Below are positions 24,791 through 37,149 of a DNA stretch of 63,644 nt, piece by piece. The translations under genes were made by a program, and so were the position numbers. Below the pieces are notes generated by a model. The model was not told the origin of the DNA and made no database searches. It saw nothing but the letters and a program-made list of their open reading frames with translations. How positions within the stretch are numbered: position 1 is the first letter of the stretch; each line of letters starts with the position of its first letter. Source of the DNA: Carcharhinus longimanus (taxonomy: Eukaryota); NCBI GenBank assembly GCA_030264375.1, contig JASCQW010000190.1:23159732-23223375 (forward strand), read 5' to 3'.

Positions 24791-27611
24791 CATGGAATCA
24801 CAGCTATTCCTGTGCTCGTGTCTTGACTCTGTGATTTTCTTGCAAGAACAAAAACGACTCTGTGCTCCTTTCAACTGCAAAAAAATGTATTCTTTAACAT
24901 TCTTCTCTCGAAGAGTTACCATGATTTCTGCAATATTCTTAAAACAAGCTTACCCACAAAAATAATACATAATTACACTGATGTGTTTCATTTGTATTGC
25001 CTGGTAATTTAGTTCACTTGTTTCCAAGAAATCTGCTTAAAGGTGTTTGTGTGATTCAATTATAGATGAGTAATATTCTTGAAATCAACAATACAATATT
25101 AAGGACTGAATTGGAATGTGTGTGTGTTTAATGATGGGGTTAACAGACACATAAATATTTATTTAAGAGATCACAATGAATTATAGGAAAATTGTTTTTA
25201 TATTTTACAGAATTAGTTTTCAGTTCTTGAAGCCTGTAGGCTTTGTTGACTTAGTTTAATAGCAAACAATGTTAATCTTTCAGCCTCATCATTTTTAAGC
25301 ATTGTAACAAGTTTGTCTATTTATTATCAAGTGTTGATTTGTCACAAGCATTCTTTTAAAAGGTGTACAGGCAATTCACTTTTGTTTGCAAGCTTATGAT
25401 AAATATGCAAATTTGTAACATTGATTTGAAGATGGTACAAAATCACAGAAATCTTCTGAGAGCATGAAACTAAAGAGTGCAACTTGCAGGGGGAGGGGGA
25501 TATTTAATCAGATGGGAGGGTAAAGGATGGGGAAACACCCCCACGACCTTTCACTCTATCCCAATTAAGTCCCGGGTGGGAAGGCTCCTGGATAGCCTTC
25601 CCACCCTGCAACCAACTGAAGCCCTTTAGTGGGCAATTCATGCTCCATGACTCCCACCCTGCCACTCCATAACTAACTTGTGGCCTGAATCACTCATAAG
25701 CCTGGGTGTAATGCAATGCTGACAGCAGTCACAATTCCCCTGGTGGTATATTGTCCAAAGAACAACTGCTAGTCTCTGATTGGCTGGCAGATTTTGGGGG
25801 GTCCTGAGGATGCCAGTTAAGTGCTTGATTGGTATTTAATTCAGTGGGCCTTCCCAGTGGCCATGACATTGCCTCCATTAAAAACTGTCCCTATTCTATC
25901 ATCACATTCCCCCTCTCATGGGCTCCGTTCTGCCATTGCAAAATTTCCCTGTCTTTTGAATTTCAGCACTGCACCCCATCTCTTTCCAAGTTTGTTTTAT
26001 TGCTGTTCTTTTCTTCCCTTTTGATTTAGCCACATTGAACCAAAGCTCTGAAGTTATTTTGCCATTAGCCAGAACTACACATGTTTAATGTAAAAGCAAA
26101 TTACTGTGGATGTTGGAATTTGAAACAAAATTAGAAAATTTCAGCATTTGGTCGTATTTTTGAAGAGAGAACAGAGCTAATGGGGACAGTGTCTCCAGAG
26201 AAACAGGCCAGTTTTCTCTTCAGAACTTACCACATTCCATCAAAAAAACAAGTGGGTGAGTTTCACATTATCATGTAGAGGGGAGGGGCCTATATACCAC
26301 CAGCAAAGCTCAGCTGCATGGAGATTGGTGTGCCATGTTCAAAGGACACCCTAATAAGCCCAAAATATATCTGCTCCCCACTCCACCAAGGAGCAAGGAG
26401 ATCTCAGCGGCTCCCTTTCCACCTCTTATCCCCCACCTTTATCAGAGCCAGCATTCACCATTACATCACCCACCCCCCCACGCCAGGGGGCATTGCCAGG
26501 CCACTGCCTGCCCATGTCACTTTCCCCAAGGGCTTTACACCCCCGGGAGGATCGCCATAACAGTTTCATGTCTGGGTGAACCTCTTGCAAACAGTGCCTA
26601 TATGACGGTGTTTATGAGTGCTCAATACGTGGTGAGGTGGGTGGTTAATTAACTGGAAATATATTCAAACGTACTGAAATCAGGTTCACACCCATTATGA
26701 TTACACTGCCGGTGAGGAGCAATTGGAGTGGAAATCCGAAGTCGTGATTTCACCGCGAGATTCGTGATTTCCAAGTTTTGTCAAATCTTGAGTTCCCACT
26801 GGCATTCCCGTGAATGGCGAGAGTGGGTTCAAGATCCCACTCAGTTTCTAGTCTGGATGACTCTTGGTCAGAGCAAAAAGGAACAATTGAGATGTAGGAA
26901 CTGTTATGTACTGGCACTTCAGGTGTTGTCAAGAGAATGCTGACTTTGTTAGGAACAAAAGGTATTTGTTAATAAAGATAAACCATGTCTAGGAAGCCCT
27001 AGACCTCCAAATGGAAAATCTTTCTTGACCAATCAAACTGATTTTTTTGAGGAGGTAACAGAGAAAATAGACAGTGGTAATTCAGTAGACTGACCCGTGG
27101 GCTCCATAAAGGCTTTCTGGAAAATAGTGTGAACATGTTTACCGAGTCTGCCTTACGGGTGGGTGACAATGGGTGGCCACCCAGGATGCTGTAGTCAGAA
27201 ACAAGCATATCAGTGGCAGCCAGAGGCAGGGTTGGTATGAGTTAGGAGGCAGGTGTAGATGGTGGCTGCCATATCTGCTGTGCAGAATGGGCTGACTGCT
27301 TAGGAGGAGGCCATACATGGAGGAATACTGAAATGGCACAGAGATCACTAATAAGATTCTAAGTTACCCAGGTGGGCAGCAAGTGAGTTCAATCTATGAC
27401 AGTTTTTTAATAGATATTTAAGTACTACAAAAGAAGGATGCCAAATACAAGGTCGTCCAGGGTGCTATTTTTCTCATTTAGATAGGGGCAACTTGTGATT
27501 ACTAATCCATTTGAGAAAAGGTCCTTCAATCAATAAGATTTGAGCAACATTGGAATAGAAAATGGAAGCAATGGGCACAGCAGTCAGGAATGAACACATG
27601 AATGAGGCTAA

Positions 27612-28525
27612 CAATGAGAATGTAGGAGGCATGGTTAGTAAGTTTGCAGATGATACCAAGATTGGTGGCATAGTGGACAGTGAAGAAAGTTATCTCCGAT
27701 TGTAATGGGATCTTGATCAATTGGGCCAGTGGACTGACGGATGGCAGACGGAGTTTAATTTAGACAAATGCGAGGTGATGCATTTTGGTAGATTGAACCA
27801 GGACAGGACTTACTCAGTTAATGGTTCTGGGTTTGGGAAGAGTTACAGAACAAAGAGATCTAGGGGTACATGTTCATAGCTCCTTGAAAGTGGAGTCACG
27901 GGTGGACAGAGTGGTGAAGAAGGCATTCAGCATGCTTGGTTTCATTGGCCAGAACATTGAATACATGAGTTGGTACCCCTTGTTGTTGTACAAGACATTG
28001 GTAAGGTCACACTTGGAAACTGCATACAGTTCTGGTAACCCTACTGTTGGAAGGATATTAAACTAGAAAGAGTGCAGAAGAGATTTACTAGGATGTTATT
28101 GGGACTTGATGGTTTGACTTATAAGGAGAGGCTCGATAGACTGGGATTTGTTTTGGAGCGTAGGAAGCTGAAGGGAAGCTGGTCTTATAAAATAATAAGG
28201 GGCATAGATCAGCTAGATAGTCAGTATCTTTTCCCAAAGGTAGGGGAGTCTAAAACTAGACAGTATAGGTTTAAGGTGAGAGGGGAGAGATACAAAAGGA
28301 TTCAGGGGGCAATTGTGTCATACAGAGGGTGGTGTCTGGAACAAGCTGCCAGACATAAAATTTTGTCTTTTAAAAAGCGTTTAGACAGTTACATGGGTAA
28401 AATGGGTATAGAGGGATATGGGCCAAATGCAGGCAATTGGGACTAGTTTAGGGGTTTAAAAAGGGCAACATGGACAAGTTGGGCCGAAGGGTCTGTTTCC
28501 ATGCTGTAAACCTCTATGACTCTAA
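27612..28525 (+). mobile_element. CR1 LINE 3' fragment
   Basis: SKFADDTKIGG...QRDLGVHVHSSLK...QKRFTRML...YKERLDRLG, plus 3' UTR. A related copy lies at 30780-31235. Confidence 0.92.
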
Positions 28526-30779
28526 AGTTAAAACCACGTTCTTGGAGTCTAACCAATGCACTGAATGTACAGCAACAGCAGCAGGTCTCTCTCTGCAGGA
28601 TATGATTGCCTCTTGCCATCCTCACAAGCATCTGTGACATCTGAAGGGCTTTGCTGACGCATATTAATTCCAGATTTTTTGCAAACAGGTGCAGGGGAAG
28701 AAATGCACGGGCAGAATGTGAAGCACACTGGTGGTATTCATACCAGGCATAGATGGAACGCTCCGGGAGCTGTCGAGAGCAGGTCAGGAATTTGCTAATC
28801 GAGTGACTGCTTAACCAAATGAAAACCGTACGAAATAATATTGTGTCAGAGAAAGATGGAAACCGAGATTTCAAGACATTAAAATATCAGTTTTTCTGTA
28901 TTTACACAGCAACGGATGGTCGAAGTGCAGCTTGGCAACTGATATCTGTTAGTTATTTGAGAGGTGTGAACTTTGCAATAATGTGAAAGGAAGAGGTTCA
29001 CTCTCCTGGAAAACTGTAAATACTTTTCTCCTTTTTTTATCAAGTCTGTCTTCTTGATGACTTAATTTTCTTGCGGAAGTGACGGTCCCACAAGCACCCC
29101 AGCCAAACAGTTTGTTATTTCTGCGCAGGCTTTTGCTCTTTAGTGGTCGCGGCTATTCACAATGGGAGACAACCCACCAAGAGCCAGATTCTGTCTTCAG
29201 GAGTTGGTTGCACACCTACCAACTCTCCAGTAGGGGGATGACTGGATTGTAATCGGAAGTGGCAACACCGAGAATTTGCAACCCATTCACTTGTCTGTGG
29301 TAAGTGAGACTGTGCGTAATGCTCCTACACTGAAACTGCGTGGGATCAGCTAAATTAGCACTGACTTAAAAACTTCGATCTGGATCTTCCAATAGTTTCT
29401 AATTAATTCCTGAATAAACTCAGACAGATTCAGATACTTTAAATAATTTGAAGCCTGTAAGTATTTTAGTGAAAGATTTGTCATGTTTCTCTTCTTAAAA
29501 TAAATTAGAGCCAATTTTATTACCTAACAATTTCTTAGGTACTGGCCAGCAAGGGAGACGGATTTCCTTCACTTAAAAGAATTGGTCAACCAATTGGCTG
29601 GTTATGGCAAGAATGACGAAGAAGTTGATAAAGAAAGGAAGGATAGACTATGAAGCTAAACTAGCACTAAATATNNNNNNNNNNNNNNNNNNNNNNNNNN
29701 NNNNNNNNNNNNNNNNNNNNNNNNNNNNNNNNNNNNNNNNNNNNNNNNNNNNNNNNNNNNNNNNNNNNNNNNNNCAGATCATGCATTGATGCAGACTTGA
29801 CGGGCCGAAGGGCCTCTTCTGCACTGTAGTGTTCGGTGAGTCTGTGTTGTGTACTCTTCCACCGAGTACTCGATCAAGTACATTTCATATTATTCTTATC
29901 TGACAATGGAAATCAATGAAAAATGAAATGAGGTGAGCTGTAAATGGAACAGTTGATCCGATCCCACCCATTTCCAACCAGCTGGATTTGGTTAGAACCA
30001 GCTGAACTCACAATCTTGTTTCTAGGGAGCTTGTATCAGAGTATCAGCAACAATAACCTCTGCTCAGAGAGGGGGTGGTAAAGAAGAATCCTGTGCAGTG
30101 GAGGTAGGGGAAAAGGAACCTAATCCCGCTGTTTAGACCAGACTGAAGCTTACGCTGACCACATGTTTCTTCCTCCACTCTGGACCCTATCAAAGGCGTT
30201 GTTGAGAAAAGAAAGACTGCATTTACCTGGCGATTTTCATTAACACCAAATGTCTCAAACTGCTTTGTGGAGTTCTTTTGAACTGTTGTAACGTAGGCAT
30301 GGTGGCACAGTGGTTAACACTGCTGCCTCACAGCGCCAGGGTGCAAGTTCGATTCCCGGCTTGGGTCACTGTCTGTCCAGGGTCTACACATTCTCCGTGG
30401 GTTTCCTCCGGGTGCTCCAGTTTTCTCCCACAGTCCAAAAGATGTGCTTGATTAGGTGCATTGGCCATGCTAAATTCTCCGTCAGTGTACCCGAACTTGA
30501 TTGCAGTGTTAATGTAAGCCAACTTGTGACACTAATAAGTAAACCCTTAACTCATTGGAGAGTCAGGTTTGATTGTAATGCTCAAACCTTGAGGCTTGAT
30601 TACACGGGCTTGTGACTCAGAGGCAAGTGTGCTGCCAACTGTGTCATGGCTAATACTAATGTTCAGTTTTACCTCCTCTCCATCAACCCTCTCTATCCCT
30701 TTGTTATTTCAGATGTTGTCAGTCCATTTGTCCGATATCTTTAGCCTGGGATGGGCAACAATATCCTTTATTTTACTCA

Positions 30780-31235
30780 GATGCTACTGGGACTGGTTAT
30801 AAAGAAAGGCTTGAGAGGCTGGGTATTTATTCCCTGGAGAGTAGAAGGCTGAAGGGTGATCTTATGGAGGTCTATAAAATAATGAGGGACATATATCAGC
30901 TAGATAGTCAACGTCTTTTCCCAAAGGTAGGGGAGTCTAAAACTAGAGTGCATAGGTTTTAGGTGAGAGGGGAGACATACAAAAGCCTCCAGAGGGGCAA
31001 TCTTTTCATACAGAGAGTGGTGAGTGTCTGGAACAAGCTGCCAGAGGTAGTAGTAGAAGCACATACAATTTTGTCTTTTAAAACGCATTTTGACAGTTAC
31101 ATGGATAAGATGGGTATAGAGGGATATGGGTCAAATGCAGGCAATGGGGATTAGCTTAGGGGCTTAAAGAAAAGGGTGGCATGGACAAGTTGTGTCGAAG
31201 GGCTTGTTTCCATGCTGTAAACCTCTATGACCCTA
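30780..31235 (+). mobile_element. CR1 LINE 3' fragment
   Basis: RGNLFIQRVVSVWNKLPEVVVEA...GIEGYG. Same 3' UTR as 28440-28525. Confidence 0.9.
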
Positions 31236-31379
31236 TAACAAGGGCAAGGGCAGAAATGTACAATAAAAAGATGCTGAAAGGAGACTTGGTTTTGCTTGTA
31301 ACCAGAGAGATAATAAGCAAAGGATTTGAACTTCTCTGTGAGGATAAAGAAATGCAGAAAGGATGAGGCAAGCTTAACC

Positions 31380-31480
31380 AGTTCTGACGAAGGGTCATTC
31401 AGACTTGAAACATTGGCTCTATTCTATCTCCACAGATGCTATCAGACCAGCTGAGATTTTTCAGCATTTTCTGTTTTTGT
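31380..31480 (+). mobile_element. Penelope-type pLTR fragment (family B) starting with a hammerhead motif
   Basis: AGUU-CUGACGA-AGGGUC auuca GACUU-GAAA-CA-UU-GGCU, followed by CTCCACAGATGCT...CTGAGATTTTTCAGCATTTTCTG. Confidence 0.7.
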
Positions 31481-32177
31481 TGGCCAATTTGTCAGTCCTG
31501 CAACATTAATGCAAATAATATATAGTAGTTCATTTGATCTTTGACAATACTTGCCATTTTTTTAAACAATACATTGTGCTTTATCTTATCATTCCTCTTG
31601 TCATTTGCAATTGCTTAATTTCATTACATTTTAATATGCTAATTCCTTCCTGACACTTTTAGCTGATTTAGAAAGATCACTGGTGACCTCTGCAGGATAT
31701 GCAGATTTCAAAAATATTAACAACTCCCAAATTTCTCATTAGCCAGAGTATAACTAAAGAAGCATTGGCATTACATCTGCAGACACATTTTTTACTCAGC
31801 CTAGTTTTATTTACCAGGATAACCAAATGTTCCATATTTTAGGGGATTGCTGCTTATTTTGTATGGTGACATTTGTCCCATATTTCTAGGACAGCTTGGA
31901 AGAAAATGGTTCTGGGGGCCTCCACGGTGATTCAAGTAGGACTCAAAGTGATTGAGTTAGCCAGCAAAGAGATGATAACATTATGACTCAATAAGACAAG
32001 TAGATAAATTGATTGTATCACCCCCCCATCCATGCCATTGTGATGTTGAGGCCACCTCCCACTCTCACTAGCATCACACCACCCCAGTCCCATACTCAAT
32101 GTCTCCTTTCTAAGAGTTGGTCATCTTATTTTTGTATTAAAATAGAAATGAAACTAGATTTCAACTACAACAAAACT

Positions 32178-32495
32178 GTTGTTGCGGCGATTATCCCTTT
32201 AAGATCAATCTGCAGAGGAAGGGTCATGTGAATCGGGAAACTAATCTGGGGGCAGTGTGGAGGATCACCCTGGTAAGTGTGGGCTTCTGTACTCAGAGTC
32301 ATCTTGGGAGCTAATTGCAACCACGAGGAATTGGTGAAGTCACATCTCCAGCCTAACCCATCAATCATACTCTGGAGATTCAAGTTTAATTCAAGGGGCA
32401 GACCACAGGCAAAACGATTGTGACTTACATCACTAAGTTGAAACGGATATTGGAGTATTGCGATTTTGGAGCCACCTTGAATGAGGTGTCACAAG
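32178..32495 (+). mobile_element. Gypsy LTR-retrotransposon remnant (LTR start plus gag)
   Basis: TGTTG...CCCTTTAAG...GTCATGTGA, followed by ELVKSHLQPNPSIILWRFKFNSR...EYCDFGATLNE. Confidence 0.65.
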
Positions 32496-32499
32496 ATAC

Positions 32500-33280
32500 C
32501 TCGAGCCTGCTCCCCCATTCATCATAATCATGGCTGAGCATCCAACTCAATAGCCTAATCCTGCTTTCTCCCCATAACCTTTGATCCCATTCGCCCCAGG
32601 TACTATATCTAGCTGCCTCTTGAATACATTCAATGTTTCGGCATCAACTACTTCCTGTGGTAATGAATTCCACAAGCTCATCGCTCTTTGGGTGAAGAAA
32701 TATCTCCTCATCTCCATCCTAAATGGTCTACCCTGAACCCTCAGATTGTGATTCCTGATTCTGGATTCCCCCCACCATTGGGAATATCCTTCCTGCATCT
32801 ACCTTGTCTAGTCCTGTTAAAAGTCTCTATGCGATCTCCCCTCATTCATCTGAACTTCAATTGAAACAATCCTAACCTAATCTCACTTCACGCATCAGTC
32901 CTGCCATCCTCGGAATCAGGCTGATAAACCTTCGCTTCATTACCTTGAGAGCAAGAACTTCCTCAGACCAAAACTGCACACAATATTCTAGGTGTGGCCT
33001 CACCAAGGCCCTGTATAATTATAACACATCCTTGTTCCTGTACTTGACATCTTGCACAATGAAGGTAAACATACCATTTGCCTTCTTTAGCACCTGTTGC
33101 ACCTGAATGCTTATCTTCAGCGACTGCTGCACAAGGATACCCAGATCCCGCTGCACACTCCCCTCTCCCAATTTATAGCCATTCAGGTGATAATCTGCCT
33201 TCTTGTTTTTGCTTCCAAAGTGAATAACCTCACATTTATCCAAATTATAATGCATCTGCCATTGATCTGTCCACTCAACG
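32500..33280 (-). mobile_element. CR1 LINE 3' fragment
   Basis: WQMHYNLDKCEVIHFGSKNKK...QRDLGILV and FFTQRAMSLWNSLPQEVV. Confidence 0.92.
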
Positions 33281-33373
33281 TTGGATATGTCATGCATATC
33301 AGCAATTCAAATAAGATGATGCTTTCCGAGGTCATGTCACGATAAACCCACATAAAGGGTTGTTCCAATACAC

Positions 33374-33466
33374 GTCTGACGAAGGGTCCTTTAGACATGA
33401 AACATTAGCTCTATTCTCTCCCCAAAGATGCTGTCAGACCTGCTGAGATTTTCCAGCATTTTCTGT
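33374..33466 (+). mobile_element. Penelope-type pLTR fragment (family B) with hammerhead motif and 9-bp flanking repeat
   Basis: CTGACGA-AGGGTC-CTTTA-GACAT-GAAA-CATT-AGCT, then the same body as 31380-31480. TTGTTCCAA at 33360-33368 and 33467-33475. Confidence 0.7.
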
Positions 33467-33560
33467 TTGTTCCAAACATTTAAGTCTGGCCTAAAGAAGC
33501 ACAGTAAGAAGTCTCACAACACCAGGTTAAAGTCCAACAGGTTTATTTGGTAGAACAAGC

Positions 33561-33595
33561 CACTAGCTTTCAGAGCACTGCCTCTTCATCCGGTG
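33561..33595 (-). ncRNA. Degenerate hammerhead motif (family A, core CGGAUGA)
   Basis: CAC-CGGAUGA-AGAG gcagug CUCU-GAAA-GC-UA-GUG. Inverted mate of 33812-33846. Confidence 0.6.
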
Positions 33596-33811
33596 AGTGA
33601 GAGTTCTGTTGACAAACAGGGCATATAAAGACACAAACTTAATTTACAAAATAATGGTTGGAATGCAAGTCTTTACAGGTAATCAAGTNNNNNNNNNNNN
33701 NNNNNNNNNNNNNNNNNNNNNNNNNNNNNNNTAAAGACTCGCATTCCAACCATTATTTTGTGAAATGAGTTTGTGTCTTTATATGCCCTGTTTGTCAACA
33801 GAACTCCCACT

Positions 33812-33846
33812 CACCTGATGAAGGGGCAGCGTTCTGAAAGCTAGAG
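33812..33846 (+). ncRNA. Minimal hammerhead ribozyme motif (family A)
   Basis: CAC-CUGAUGA-AGGGGCAGCGUUCU-GAAA-GC-UA-GAG: core intact, stems weakened. Confidence 0.7.
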
Positions 33847-34245
33847 GCTTGTGCTACAAATAAACCTGTTGGACTTTAATCTGTGTTGTGAGACTTCTTA
33901 CTGTATTTACCCCAGTCCAATGCCGGCATCTCCACATCATAGCTACTAAAGAAGCAGTCAGGAAGCACCGTGGAATCCAGAATCTCATGCTTCCTTCTCG
34001 ACTACTGGAGCACTCTCCATACAAGAAGAGCGCTGACATTCCTGATAGGGTCTGGTTGGGATTGTTGTTGGTGCAGGCTCGATGGACCGAATGGCCTGCT
34101 GCTGCACTGTAGGGATTCCATAATCACCATATTGCTGTCTCTAATTCCTTGCTGTGCGCAAATTAATATAAATACAAAATCTTTCACCTTTGAATGTGGG
34201 ATCATTTGACAGAACTGAAGTAGCTGGAGCATGAGCAGCAGCCAG

Positions 34246-34346
34246 GTTGCCTAGTAACGGCAGCCTTCTTTATTGATCAGGAAGTGACGTATGGTCGTCG
34301 CCTTATTGCAGAGACCGGAAGTGACGCGCGTGATCAAGATGGCGGC
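34246..34346 (+). promoter_or_regulatory. COG8 TATA-less CpG-island promoter: RFX X-box, two ETS-CRE composites, YY1 site
   Basis: GTTGCCTAGTAAC (34246-34258), CAGGAAGTGACGT (34278-34290), ACCGGAAGTGACGC (34314-34327), and AAGATGGCGGC overlapping the ATG. Confidence 0.75.
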
Positions 34347-34881
34347 GCTCGGTATTGACGTGGAAGACGAGAGCATCCTGGCGTCGATTTTTCGGGACTC
34401 CTTCCCGGAGAACTGGAGGGAGAATCCCGACTTCACCCTCTACCTCTCGGAGCTGAGCTCGTACGGCGTGGACAAGCTGAGCCGGGAGCCCGAGAGGCTG
34501 GCAGAGGAGCGGGCCCAGATCCTGCAGCAGACCCAGGAGCTCGCCTTCTCCAATTACAAAACCTTCATCAAGACGGCGGAGTGCACCAAGGAGATCTACC
34601 GCGACTTCGGCCTGGTGGAGAAGCACGTCTCCAGCCTCCTGGACAAGCTGCCCGGCCTGAGCGAGAAATGCAGGCAGTTCGTCAAGGAGACGGAAGCGAC
34701 TGGCGCCAGCCGGAGGATGAACAGCCTGACCCTCAACCGGCACACGGAGATCCTGGAAATCCTGGAGATCCCGCAGCTCATGGACACCTGCGTCCGAAAC
34801 GGCTACTACGAGGAGGCCCTTGAGTTAACCTCTTACGTGAAGAGGTTGGAGAAGAAATACTCTTCCATTCCTGTGATACAG
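34339..34881 (+). CDS. COG8: COG8 (conserved oligomeric Golgi complex subunit 8) coding exon 1
   Basis: ATG at 34339 (AAGATGGCGGCG). Translates MAALGIDVEDESILASIFRDSFPENW...LAFSNYKTFI...LNRHTEILEILEIPQLMDTCVRNGYYEEALEL...YSSIPVIQ (Dor1/COG8). Ends CAG|GTATTA. 543 nt, phase 0, CpG-rich. Confidence 0.96.
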
Positions 34882-35421
34882 GTATTAGCTTCCTTGCGAA
34901 TGTTTTCCTCAGAATCCGTAATGGATCAGAATTGCTTTCACAATATGACCACAAATATATAAATGCGAATACTGAAGATGCTGGACGTATGAAACAAACG
35001 CGGAACATGCTGAAAATAGACTTTTTTATTCATGCAAATGTCGTTAAGCATAATATACACACAAATATTCGGCGCTTTGAGCCTGCTCTCCCATTCATTT
35101 TGATCATGGCTGATCATTGAATTCAATATTCTGATCGTACCTTTTCCCTCCATATCATTGGCAAAGCCATCCCTAACTGCCCCTGTAGGGCAAAAAATGA
35201 GTTATTGTGACTAACTGTAATTTAGGTGTTTGCTAATTCAACAAGATGGGTCTCTAAAACATGTTTCTTTAGTTTAATACCTGACAGCCATTTTATGCAT
35301 TTTGCTTTATTCTCGTTTCACTTTAATTACCATTTCAAATAAGGAAAACAAATAATGCAAAGTTTTATTTTCTAAATCTCTACAACATTTTAAAGTGTTG
35401 TTTATCATATTTTTTATACAG

Positions 35422-36240
35422 GGAATAGTGAATGAAGTGCGTTCATCTGCTCAGTTGATGTTAAACCAGCTTATCCAACAGCTACGTACCAGTGTCCAAC
35501 TACCAGCTTGTCTTCGGGTTATAGGCTATTTGAGAAGGATGGATGTTTTCACTGAGGCAGAATTAAGAATAAAGTTTCTTCAGGCTCGAGATGCCTGGTT
35601 GAAATCCATGCTTGGCTCCATAATGGACAATGATCCTTATTTTCACATAACCAAAACAATTGAGGCTTGCCGAGTCCACCTATTTGACATCATCACTCAA
35701 TACCGTGCCATTTTCTCAGATGAAGATCCATTATTACTCTCCAGTGATCACAGCGTGAATGAAAGTGCTATTTTCCATGGCTGGGTGGTGCAAAAGGTTT
35801 CTGAGTTTCTGCAGACCCTGGAATCAGATCTTCAGAAGGGAGTGGGTGGCCGCTTGGATTCATTGCTGGGCCAATGTATGTACTTTGGGCTTTCTTTTAG
35901 TCGCGTAGGAGCAGATTTTCGTGGACAGCTTGCTCCAATGTTTCAAAAGGTTGCTATGAATACTTTTGTGAAAGCTGTTCAGGATGCTGTGGAGAAGTTT
36001 CAGGAAGACATGAATCTGTACACGTTAACATCTGCCCCATCAATATTAGGCAACACAATCCCTGTGACTCTACCAACTGGTCAGCCAGGAACTCTGCAGC
36101 CTCCGATGGTGCTTCTGGACTTCCCGCCACTGGCATGTTTTCTAAATAACATTTTGGCAGCCTTTAATGATCTTCGTCTCTGTTGTCCCATAGCACTTGC
36201 GCAGGAAGTAACGATGTGCTTGGAAGATGCACTTATAAAG
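35422..36240 (+). CDS. COG8: COG8 coding exon 2
   Basis: Acceptor TTTTTATACAG|GGA. Translates GIVNEVRSSAQLMLNQLIQQLR...LPACLRVIGYLRRMDVF...GQCMYFGLSFSRVGADFR...LDFPPLACFLNNIL...LEDALIK. Donor AAG|GTAATT. 819 nt. Confidence 0.97.
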
Positions 36241-37149
36241 GTAATTTCGCTGTCGTAACCTCAGCATAACCCAATACTTAGAGTTGTGAAAGATTAAGCA
36301 AGTTTAGGAGCACAGTTTTGGTGTATTTACCAAGTTCTGCTTATAGCTTCGTTTAATTGAAGTACCGAAATGAGTGGTCAGTTGATACTTTGGAATACTC
36401 CCCTCACTTCTTCCAATAGAATCTTAGTCATACTAAAACTGCAACCTAGAACACCTTCCCCACATCTGCCATTTTCTATCCCTTTTATAAAAGGGAAAAA
36501 TATACGTTTGAATATATGGTTAAAGAAACATACCATAAACAAGGCCATCAAATTACAATTTATATGATAGAATGGCGATAATTTGAACCTACATACACCG
36601 TGTTCCCATAATTTGACACAGTTTTTTTTTGCCACTGATATATGCTCAACGGCAATGATCAAATGGTATGTTCTATGAATATAAAAATATATCCTCTGAT
36701 ATTGCCATAAGGTTATGCATGAAATGTGTACACTGACCATTTTTAAAGTTTATTTATTAATTTATTTATTAGTCACAATTACGTTAACACTGCAATTAAC
36801 TGTGGAATTGGGGAACTGCGGAATTCCCCGAGTTGTCACAGCAGTCGATTGTTTGGGGCAATGCATCTAACCAGCACGTCGTTCAGAATGTGGGAAGTAA
36901 TCAGTGTACCCAGAGGAAACCCACGCAAACATGGGGAGAACTTGCAAACTCCACACAGACAGTGACCGAAGCTGGGAATCAAACTGGGGCTTCTGGCGCT
37001 GTGAAGTAGCAGTGCTAACCACTGTGCTACCATGCTGCCCCTCTTGCCTTTCAGAGACATTAGATCAAACATTGTCACATCCTACAAAGCCTCAAAAGGA
37101 GGGAGGGAGAAAGTGGGGAACTACAGAGTGGGAAAGTGGGGAACTACAG

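Larger units (their letters stand above)
33502..33945. mobile_element. Palindromic (inverted pLTR) Penelope-like insertion with 11-bp TSD
   Basis: The arms at ~33502-33688 and ~33732-33904 are reverse complements around an N gap. CTAAAGAAGCA at 33491-33501 and 33946-33956. Confidence 0.8.

Noticed and set aside
34291-34338. Upstream in-frame ATG extending COG8 by 16 aa
   Set aside because: It lies among promoter motifs, and similarity to COG8 starts at MAA (34339), which has the better context. It cannot be excluded without TSS data.
34303-34823. 146-aa antisense ORF and 80-aa alternative-frame ORF over COG8 exon 1
   Set aside because: Expected shadow ORFs of a GC3-rich exon. No recognisable protein.
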